Origin: Paraphysomonas bandaiensis | Lineage: Eukaryota > Protista > Chrysophyceae | DNA: 64,000 bases | Assembly (NCBI GenBank): GCA_965644295.1 | Contig: CBFFRP010000065.1 | Coordinates: 124,001-188,000 of the forward strand | Direction: 5' to 3' | Part shown: positions 10,961 to 22,814 of the stretch, piece by piece | Layout of the letters: each line of letters begins with the position of its first letter | How positions within the stretch are numbered: position 1 is the first letter of the stretch | Position numbers and translations under genes: made by a program | The notes under the pieces: model-generated | Database searches by the model: none | What the model was told of the DNA's origin: nothing | What the model saw: only the letters and a program-made list of their open reading frames with translations

Positions 10961-13020
10961 TTGAGGACAACTACATGCATTTGCCAGAACCTTAGGTTCG
11001 AACATGTCAGAGGACAAAGTTCTCAGATTACAAAAGAGTATCTATGGGCTTAGCCCAAGAGTGCGGCATCAGAATACAACCTCCCTCCCCAGCTACATTG
11101 ACAAAGTCCAATCACAGCTACAACTGTACAATGATCACAAATATGCTTACAAAGCCATCTTCACGGATGGATCCTTCACACGCACACACCTCACCCCTGC
11201 TCACCTACTCGGCAACACCCACACACAGCCCAATTCTCACGACGGAGGAGCTGCAATTGTATGGCTCCCGCCCAAGAACACCTGGGGTCACAGACAAACC
11301 AAAATCCTACAACTTACTGCACCGCAGCACACACAGCGCCTGGCCTCAACGCCTACACCTACGAAACCCTTGCAATGTCAGCAGCACTGACATTCTCCAA
11401 TGTACTCCACTCTTCCGTGCCAATCTGGACTGACTGCCAGGCGGTACAGACGCGGACCAAAGAGGCCCTCTCACACAGACGGCGCACCCTCGGAACAAAG
11501 CCCCAGGGAATATTTTACGAATGCCTCGCCACCACAGCTCTTAAACAGCGTCCAATACAATGGACGCGCTCGCACCCCGAACGTAGAACACAAGATCAAA
11601 GCAACTGGACCTACACTGACCACGGCATTATTTATATAGCTGACGCCGCCGCCAGCGGCGATTGGAAGACACTAGACAAAGTGCTCGGAGCCTCCAACTA
11701 CAGTGTTGTCACAACTGACGCTACGCACATACTGGAAGAATTCTTCACCATGGGTCAATGGCACTGGCGTAGATACGATACACACCTCCTCACAGACCTC
11801 GGTCCTATGCTAGGAGACGTTACAGATCTCCACCACCACCCAGTGGGACCTCCATCACTACACCCTCCGAAGAGATAGCATGTATGCTGCACAAACGCAA
11901 CGAGACACGCAGTATTGGACACGCAGCGGAACAAGGCTCCCACACAAGCTCCATCCCCTCCGTACCCATAACTCCTCCAAACACTACATCCCCCTCGCAG
12001 AGCGTATACGCGAGACGGCATACGTATGGGACAAATCCTTTGCAATGGGTAGAAACCGAGCCAAAGGAAAATCCGGACATGATCGCACAACGGCTTCCAC
12101 ATGCGCAGACTGTGCACACCCCACAGACAACATGGCGCACATGCTTCTCACCTGCACTCACCCTGACATCATTCACATACGTGAAGATGTCCACCAAGCA
12201 CACCACAATAGGCTTTTGACAAACTTCGCACACGCACGCTCCCCCATCCCTGGTTTTACACCGCCATAACCAAACTAGCCAAAGCCGCATGGAACCCAAC
12301 CACCCCCCAGGTTGAGCGCTACTGGGCCGGCCACATTACTGCCACACAAATGGCCGACGCATTCGGACGCCACTTATCCAGCTCACTGCTCGAACATCAA
12401 TTCCACGCCCTAGAAAAATCCATCGCCTCTATCCTACTCCCCCTATATGATGGAGGGCTCCGCATGCTTCGCAATAGGGGACACAGACACCACAACGTGG
12501 ACACGGCACCGGCGACACCGATCCCGACACACGCAAAGCAACGCCAGCCCCAGGATACCCACCCGACACCAAAAGTACTCCAGCTACTCCAGGCGACATC
12601 CACCCCACGAACTACACTCTCTGCAAGAGCCCAGACCCGACAGAGGCAAGCGCAACCACTCCGGAAACAACTCCTCCTTACTTGTGGCCGAAACCCCACC
12701 TCAACAACCAGCATCATCTCCACCACCGACTTGCACTCTCATATACATCTCGCCTCACCCACCCCCCACATAATCCATGGCACAGGCCCGCCAGACACAT
12801 TGCCCAAAGGTAGACCCCCCGACTAACCTCACTACAAGGGACGGTTTCACCATGGTGCTCGCAGCGATGCACAAGCAGTCCCGAGACGGTTGCCCGCCAC
12901 TAGTAGTATATAGCAAATCTAGTTATTAGCTAGTCTATAGACATAAACTAGTTTCTGTACGCAACCGTACTCATGTAATAATCAGACTTTCATATATCTA
13001 TGGGCTTGAGTAATCCGATT
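10961..13020 (+). pseudogene. Decayed Ty1/Copia reverse-transcriptase fragment interrupted by a LINE (Copia parts 10961-11051 and 13008-~13020)
   Basis: YMHLPEP...EDKVLRLQKSIYGL before the insertion and GAG TAA TCC (decayed K-Q-S) after it reconstitute the RVT_2 motif YM..P.G...KV.RL.KSIYGLKQS. Confidence 0.65.
11052..12994 (+). mobile_element. 5'-truncated, frameshifted non-LTR retrotransposon (LINE) with RNase H and C-terminal CCHC zinc knuckle
   Basis: RNase H motifs across frameshifts: IFTDGSF, GGAAIV, AYTYETLAM, IWTDCQAV, WTRSHPER, IYIADAAA. Zinc knuckle CADCAHPTDNMAHMLLTC. ORF stop at 12826. 13-bp TSD TATCTATGGGCTT at 11039-11051 and 12995-13007. Strong C/A skew. Confidence 0.88.
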
Positions 13021-14205
13021 CATTATGTATGAATGATATGAAAAATTGAATTGTGCAGTGAATAGACTCATATCGGTCGCATCACCTAGATTACTACAAC
13101 AGGAATTTTTGACGAAGCCCAAAAGATCAGTACCAGTATCAGCACCAGTACATTCAAGACTTGCTAACTAAATTCAATTCTACACAGTATAACATGTTTA
13201 TTTCAATTAAGATTCACAAACAATATTCACACGAAAACTCCTTGGATTACTCGCGTTGTGCCGTCGCCATCCCATATTTTGTATACCATTTGCACGATTT
13301 TGTATATTGCCCTATCGTCGGCATGTCAGAATGCAATTCTTCTGCCATTCCTACTCCCGTAACTCGGATTTAAGTTTCCATCCCCGTCATGAGATTGTGT
13401 GATTATGAAGATGCTATACTTTAATTTTCTCTAATCTGTGCACCATTACGTGCCACTTTTCTTGAAAAGAAATCACATCACATCCAAATATGCTACACAG
13501 ACTTCTTGGTTGACATTTTCACATTTTTACTATATATTGAGGAATTCATTGATATCAACGTATATCTTCCAGCAAAAACAGAACATCTGTTTAACCAGTG
13601 GCAAGAAGGACTTATGACTTTGAAATCTGCGGAGTGTTTGCGTTTTTTAAAGGGAGTGTACAAGAGCAGTGTAACCAGTGAGTTTTCATATATTAAGTAA
13701 GAACTGGAAAAAAAATAAATGCGTGAGTGACAAGGCTTATAGATAAAGTATGTCATATGAGAGTTTCAAAATCACTTTGTACATTATTTTCTTGAAGCGT
13801 ATCAATTAGCGCAAACAGTCGCCTCATAGGGAATAGTACAAATGGACAGACACTACTCTCGAGGTATCGTAGCGGTGTGATACGAAGGCATAAAAACCAG
13901 TTAACACAACTAGCTGGCACGCTTGCACCATACTTAATATCACAAATTAGACTTAATATCACAAATTAGACACGATAAAATTGGTATAATAAGTTTGAGT
14001 TCATAAGGAATACCAAATTTACGGATGACGTGGAAATAATTATTGCCATTTTTTTTAGAAATAATGACTTCTTATGTTAGGAATAAGGAATCCCAATTTT
14101 TTATGTATATTATGTGTACACTTACAAGCCAGCACAAGGCAGAAACAAAAATTCAGAAAGTATTACGTTGAATATCCAGCAACGCTCTTTACCAGAACTC
14201 CCAAT

Positions 14206-15776
<1,571 letters not shown>

Positions 15777-16270
15777 TGATGCAGATTATTGAGACTGCTT
15801 ATGAACTAATTGAGAATATGTAGTGTGCTGGAAGGCTCTGTGTATCCTCCTATGATCATCTCAACACACTGACATGCATCTACTGGAACTAGGATACCAT
15901 ACACACACAGCAGTACACCAGTACATACAGGCAGTACATACAACACAGTATAGTATAGTAGTATAGGGAATACACGGTGACCTTTTGGAGGAGTAGAATA
16001 CAGCAACAGCCATATGTAGACTTTTATTGCAAAGGGGGGCAAGATGAACGTAAAGAACACACATTTTTGAAAAGAGAGAAAAGAAAAGTTGTGGATTTTA
16101 CTGAGAAAGTATTTCTTATACACAGAATACAGTATATACGACCACTGTATACTATCAGGATATATCATACTATACCTACGTATACATACATGCATATATG
16201 AAGCAGGAACTTAAATACGAGGTACGAGTAGCGAGTATTGATACACCTCAAGCCCAACTATATTCCGCCT

Positions 16271-17637
16271 ATGCAATCCCTCCATTCTTCAGCTAGTCGT
16301 CAATTTAAACGAGTGGTAATCACAGGAATCGGTCTGGTGACTCCTCTAGGATGCGGGTCTATGGATGTATGGAACCGTCTTGTGGCTCCTGATAGTGGAG
16401 TGGTACCATTCCAGTGTGATCTACCTGATATTCCTGTGTCTGTTTGTGCACATGTTCGTGGATTTGATAGGGAAGCTTTATTTGGTAAACAGGCTCACAA
16501 GTATAAGTCACTGTCGACGCACTATGCGCTCCATGCTGGGGACATTGCACTTGAGTGTGCCCAATTTAACGAAGGAAAAGATATAGATTTGACTAGGGCT
16601 GGGGTAGCTATTGCATCAGGAATGGGAACTCTAAAGGATATTACTGATACAAACAGCTTGTCTGATGAGTCCTATCGTCGCCTCAGTCCTTTTTTCGTTT
16701 CCAAGATACTCATAAATATGGCTGCGGGTGAAACAAGTATACGCCATAAACTTCGCGGCCCCAACCATGCTGTAGCCACTGCCTGCGCGGCTGGAGCTCA
16801 CGCCATTGGAGATGCCTACAATTTTATCAGAATGGGTTATGCTGACTTTATGGTTGCGGGAGGTACGGAGGCGCCTCTGGACCCGCTATCTGTGGCTGGA
16901 TTTTCGAGAATGAAAGCACTGACCCGCAATACAGACCCTTTAACAGCGTCACGACCATTTGATTCATCTAGAGATGGATTTGTGATTGGTATAGTCAAAT
17001 GCTATCATATATGGTGTTGCATAATTAATATTTTGTAGGTGAGGGATCGGGTATTCTTGTGCTGGAATCACTAGAGTCAGCCCAGCGCAGGGGCGCTCAG
17101 ATACTGGCTGAAGTCACCGGATATGGTATGTCGGGAGATGCACACCACATCACATCACCAGCTACTAGCGGAGAAGGCGCGGCGCGTGCCATGATGACAG
17201 CCCTGTGGGATGCTGGACTGCAGCCAGAGGATGTGGGGTATATCAATGCGCATGCCACATCTACACCTGCCGGAGACCTGGCAGAAACAGACGCAATACA
17301 CAACGTATTTGGTCAGGATCAAATCACTGATAATAATAGAAAAGGTAGAACATTTCCGCTGTATGTATCCTCCACGAAGGGGGCAACAGGTCACATGCTC
17401 GGTGCCGCAGGGGCTGTGGAAGCAGCCTTCGCGGTGATGGCTCTTCGCACTGGAACTCTCCCACCTACGCTTAATCTTTCTGTGAGTACCGATGAAACCA
17501 GTGAAAGCACAGTTAGGGAGTCATTCCAACATATTCCTGGAGTTCCAGTGAAAGCTGACGTATCGCATGTAATGAGCAATTCTTTTGGGTTTGGTGGAAC
17601 CAACGCTTCACTTATATTTTCGAAGTATTGCCCATGA
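16271..17637 (+). CDS. OXSM: Mitochondrial 3-oxoacyl-ACP synthase (KAS II/FabF-like, OXSM/CEM1)
   Basis: RVVITGIGLVTPLG, catalytic TACAAG, NAHATST, GHMLGAAGA and SNSFGFGGTNASL. Short N-terminal presequence and one intron. Confidence 0.92.
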
Positions 17638-17844
17638 AGTTTAACAAGCTTGTTGTAGTTTTTTGTCTTGTTCAGATAAATTCTAATATATTTTAATTTA
17701 CATATACTCGAAGCGTAAGAAGAAATTTCGATCCGATTCATTGTAGCTTTTGAAAAGATGCAGATAGCAATCGTACGATCAAGATATGCTTCAATATATC
17801 CCACTTTTCCGAGAGGATAGCAACACCCTTAGGTGTTAATTTCT

Positions 17845-17909
17845 CTAGGCTTACTAAGAATAGGCGGGCTTAATTTTATTTTTCCTAGGCTTACAAAGAA
17901 TAGGCGGGC
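17845..17909. repeat. Tandem direct repeat, 2 x 25 bp (period 40)
   Basis: CTAGGCTTAC(T/A)AAGAATAGGCGGGC at 17845-17869 and 17885-17909, 24/25 identical. Confidence 0.85.
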
Positions 17910-18248
17910 GGGAATTGTCATATCCATGTGTGCGTTGCTGGTTGCTGTCGTACAAAATTGAAGAAATCAATACATACGGAATAAGGAACTATACTATCGA
18001 AAATAACGTTTCACACATTCACTTGACACATTTATATCTTATTAAAATATCTACTTGTGTAATATATCGTACAGGATAGTGATAGAATAAAAATATAATA
18101 GAGGTGCAATTCCGACTTCTAGAACCAGTATAAATCTCAGCTAGATAAGATAGGTATAATCATATTGTACGCACTTTTTTTCAGAAATAAACTCGAAAAG
18201 AAAACCACTGAAATCTAAGCTTTCAAAGAAGGATGGTATCATGACCAT

Positions 18249-19029
18249 TTAGCCAGTCTTTGATATAATCTCAAAGCAAGAATGCTCAGTTGTCGGGGCA
18301 GCGGATGGGCTGGGGGTGCTTCCGACACGGTAAAACCGCCACGAAGCCACAGGCAGAACAGTGTTATCTTTTACAAATATTGGTCCGTCGTTTCCTTCAG
18401 AGGTAGATGAGGGAGTAATTTCAAAAACATTTATTTTGGGATCCTCGACGCAGTTCGATGAGAAGTACGTGGTTCCGCAGTCAGTACCAGAGTCATAGGG
18501 CTGACTGGTCATTTCTAGCATGTCTATCCACTGCCCACTCACATGGTCGCATAGATCTACGTCCCGTACTCCACTGAACCAATCAGGTGAGGGTGCGATC
18601 ATATATATCGCTGAGAGCAAGCTGTGATTAGCATCGACAGCTAACGTCAGGGTGTTCACTGGAGCATTTTGAGTCTGTAAGCTAGCCCCGCTTGCTTCTG
18701 CCTCCTGCTTGATGGGGGAGTTGAACCCAACCTCGGCAACACGTTGAACACCAGTCGTTGCAAGGATTCCTGGGGCCCACATGGTGTACAGGGGACTATG
18801 CGACGCACCAAATAGCTGCGACAGATGGGCAGCACCTCCAGGAAAGTCATTCGGGTGATTCTCTGATGTCCAGGTATCAAACAACTCTAGTTCATAAGTT
18901 GCATCGGAGTTACAGCTAAGGGTCTATTTACGCATCCATTATAAGGTTTATATACGACAGAGCTATACGTACATAAACTCCTGGAGACATCAATAGCGCT
19001 GGAAACAAGCTCAATAAGAAGATGTTCAT
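18249..19029 (-). CDS. Secreted stand-alone Spondin_N domain protein
   Basis: Signal-like exon MNIFLLSLFPALLMSPGVY, then TW...HP.DFP...AH.S...GASH, AEVG, MIAPSPDWFSGV..VDLC and PYDSGTD.G.TY, which are Spondin_N hallmarks. Confidence 0.88.
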
Positions 19030-19490
19030 TATCACAGCCTCTCGCTCCGTTAGTGTACCCTCAGAGATAGTTCTAGTCAACGATATGGTGATATGTGGGG
19101 TATGCGAGAGGCGTGATATCTATATATAAGAAATATAGACCTGCTGGAAGATACAAGCACCTCGCTCACTCACCAGCACCAGGACACTGACGCTGACGCA
19201 CATTGTATACTAATCGTATGTACTTCAAACGTTCGTCTTTGATACAACTGAAAAAAAAACATCACCCCATAGCGACAACGTACCAGTGAAAAATGAAAAC
19301 TGAAATGTGATCGTGTTGGTTGAAGATCCATATGGTGCACAGGAAAGTCTGGCTATTGCTTGTGGTGTACGGTGGGTGTTGTGTGGTGTGTGGTGTATGG
19401 TGCATTCAGTGGCTTTGGATATGTGGTAATTCTCATCTCTGTTACGTCCATAAATTAGTTACTTCATCTATACTTTGAGGTTAATAGAAA

Positions 19491-20938
19491 ATGTCACTGG
19501 TAAGTAAAAGTGTTGTGTTTTGTATGCATCCATTGATGTCATATTGCAGACTTTATACACTGACGGAGGCAACTTCCGTGCCTTCAAAATTTTGATCGCT
19601 GCGGAGTACAATGGCGTTGCCATTGATATCCCTAATTTCAAACTCAATGTCGATAACAAGACTGAAGAGTTCAAGAAGAAGAGCCCTATGGGAAAGGTTC
19701 CTGTGCTTGATACTCCTTCAGGTAGGTTTAAGTTATATTTTATGCTATAGTATAAATGTGCTTTTCATATATTTATATGTAACATATATATATCTGTAGG
19801 CTCTATTTTCGAGAGCAATGCTATCGCCCGCTACGTTGCTCGTATGCGCCGCGACACTGAGCTTTGCGGTGCTTCTTTCTTTGAAGCCGGTCAGGTTGAC
19901 TCGTGGATCGATTTCTGCAGCCACGACCTCGAGCTGCCTGCCACTCTCTGGATTTACCCTGTGCTCGGATATATGCCTTACAATGCCAACACAACTGCCC
20001 GTGCCAAGACTGACTTTGCTCGTGCCCTTACCGTACTAGAGAACCACTTAGCTGATAAGACATACCTTGTGGGCCACAAGATTACTCTGGCTGACATTAC
20101 TGTTGCCTCCACTCTTGTTTACCCATTCAAATTTGTTGCCGATGCCGCCTTTAGAGCCCCATTCCCCAATGTTATGCGTTGGTTCGATACTTGCGTGAAC
20201 CAGCCCAACTTTGAGAGTGTTATTGGTAAGGTCGTCCTCTGCACCACTGAGTTGACGGCTTCTGGAGCAACTCCTGTTGCTTTCACCCCTGCTTCTGACA
20301 ACAAGAAGGAGGGTAAGAAGGACAACAAAAAGAAGGCAAAAGAACAGAAGCCAAAGGAACAGAAACCCAAGGCCGAGAAAAAGCCAAAGGAAGAGAAGCC
20401 TAAGGAGGCCCCTGCAGCTGAGGAGCCTAAGCCTGCCAAGAAGCCTGAGCACCCCTTCAAGATCATGGATAGAGAGGCTCCTTCCCCTTTTGTTATGGAC
20501 ACCTGGAAAAAGAATTACTCCAACTGCGATACCTATGAGGCTGCAATCGACGAATTCTGGAAGACTTTTGATGCTGAGGGCTGGTCTCTGTTCCGTGGTG
20601 ACTACCAGTACGACAATGATAACTCTGTTCTCTTCATGACCAGCAATCTTATTGGTGGATTCATTCAGAGAACCGAGGAGATTAGAAAGTGGCTCTTCGG
20701 TACAATGACCATCCGTGGAGAGGCTAAGAAGGGTGGAATGAAGATCACCGCCTACTTCCTTATCAGAGGCCAGTCTATCCAGCCACTTATTGACTGCAAT
20801 GACGATGCTGAGTACTACACCTGGACCAAGGTGCCCACACCTGTCAGTGCGGAGGATAAGGCCAAGATTTTCGAGTACTGGACATCAGAGACCACCTTAG
20901 AAGGCGAGCCTCTGTTGGACTCGAGAGTGTACAAGTAG
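19491..20938 (+). CDS. EEF1G: Translation elongation factor eEF1B-gamma
   Basis: GST-N (NFRAFKILIAAEYNG...SPMGKVPVL...IFESNAIARY), GST-C, Lys/Glu-rich linker and EF1G C-terminal domain (FVMDTWKKNYSN...FMTSNLIGGFIQR). Strong codon bias; two introns. Confidence 0.96.
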
Positions 20939-22058
20939 ATCTTTTAACAATCGAATGTGTGCAAGAATGTAGTTTGCGATGATCGAAATAATAAGAATGA
21001 ACACGTCCTTAATATAATATTTTAAATATATTGCACTCATATATGGGCTATTATCCAACATAGTTTAACTGTGAGCAATAAGAGATCGATAGTATTCGGT
21101 ACAACGTGTGACGTACTGCCTTTCCATTGTCTCGATGACTGATTAGATATAACACACGATAGAAAAATGTTTGATGAAACTTTTTCGTCGTCGTTGGGTG
21201 TGTGTATACCCCATTTTGTCTAATATAGGTTAATCGTGTCTTATATAAATGTGATGATGATGCTAAAAATAATAACCGTTGTGCGACTTTCATCATCATA
21301 TTTATGGACATGGTTCAATACCTCGTAGCTTGCTATTCTTTCAGCACCCTGTTGTGTTAGGGATGCATATGTTGTAGCTATTTTTGAAATTTGTACATTT
21401 ATTGTTTTGAGATATTGGCATTCCTTAAGCTTATGTATAGATGTATAATGTATAGATACCATTAATATTAAATAATGCTCTAATTTGTCATTTGTTTTCT
21501 TAGTGTAGAAGGGACCACTTGTTTCTTCTAGAAGCAAGTAAGATACAAATAGCTATCAATACTAGATATATTAGGCTTTCATCGTCATGAGGAGAATGAG
21601 CTTCAAATTTTAACGTAAGGATAAGGAGCATCGTCCCTTGTTACCCGTGATTTCATATAATTATGTTAAGCAGAAAATATGTCAATATGTGAAGTCCAAT
21701 ATATGAAAGCATTGATTAGTACAAGACTACTTCATTCAGAAGAGGAAATTATATTTTTGACGTATACATATTGATATTACAAACTATTGAATACAGCTCT
21801 ATTATCATTGATGGCATCCGTATTCGTTGCATACACTCCTTTTACATCTATCAGTTTTCTGTGAATGGACAATATACAATGGTTGCTCCCACAAGTATAG
21901 TTAAGTGGCTACAGTGTCAGTCCTTTGGATTGTGAAAATTTGCCTACCATTACACCAGCAGTGACTTTCCCATTGTAGATATTCTTATCCAGTTCGAAAG
22001 TCAGTTCCCAACTCTGCAGCGACACTCAAATTTGAAACTAGTGACGGCCATACCAGTA

Positions 22059-22172
22059 AGACTATTGACTGTCAATCGACAGTTAATCTGACAGTTCATA
22101 TTGAATTTTTTCAGCTCTTAGTCATTGATGAATTATGTATGAGCTGTCGATTGATAGTCATATGAACAGTCT
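22059..22172. repeat. Imperfect inverted repeat, MITE-like relic
   Basis: TGACTGTCAATCGACAG (22066-22082) versus the reverse complement of 22144-22160 (16/17). AGACT/AGTCT outer ends and an internal GACAGTTCATA sub-repeat. Confidence 0.5.
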
Positions 22173-22814
22173 CAATTTGACTTGCATTATAGCACAGCCA
22201 ATACAACTACCACGTTGATATGTAGTATATATCGTTAAGTTCTTCTTGTAATTACGAGCGATCGCTCGTAGATCATCATCATACAGAGTACCTTTACTGG
22301 GTTTGCATACATATCATGTTGTACAAATGTAAAATGTCCAGTTTTCTCTATATTTCTGCGATTTTAGTAAAATATGCTACCGGGGAATGTAGCCCGCCCG
22401 TATTTGTCCTATCCACTACTGGAATTTTTTGTTCTGTGAACATCAGAATTTCTTCAGTTGATTTTTGTAGATGTGAGTTTGAAAATAGACCGACTGACCA
22501 TCGTATATACGTGATACATTCGTATTTGACCTGCTGCCTAGACTACAATACGCATATACCAACACGGGGAATTATAGATGTAGTATCGTATCGTATTTCT
22601 ATAGAGTTGTATACGCACTACTCAACTGAGCAATAACGCATTCACTGCTTATATATAATCAACCCACAAGCCATTTGATTTATCAGTGTTGTGTTGGTTG
22701 ATACACACTATTTCTACGTCATAGTCTTATTGGTATCATAAGGTGTGGTGTTTCAGATCTATCGATAAATTATAAACTACTATTAAATAAATTGAAAATT
22801 AGTATTACGATCGA

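Noticed and set aside
13200-13970. Possible further TE coding relics and a 19-bp tandem duplication near 13932-13971
   Set aside because: Motif-like fragments are too short and interrupted to assign; the duplication looks like simple slippage.
21050-21980. AT-rich ORF fragments after eEF1B-gamma
   Set aside because: No recognisable domain or splice structure; probably decayed TE or pseudogene.
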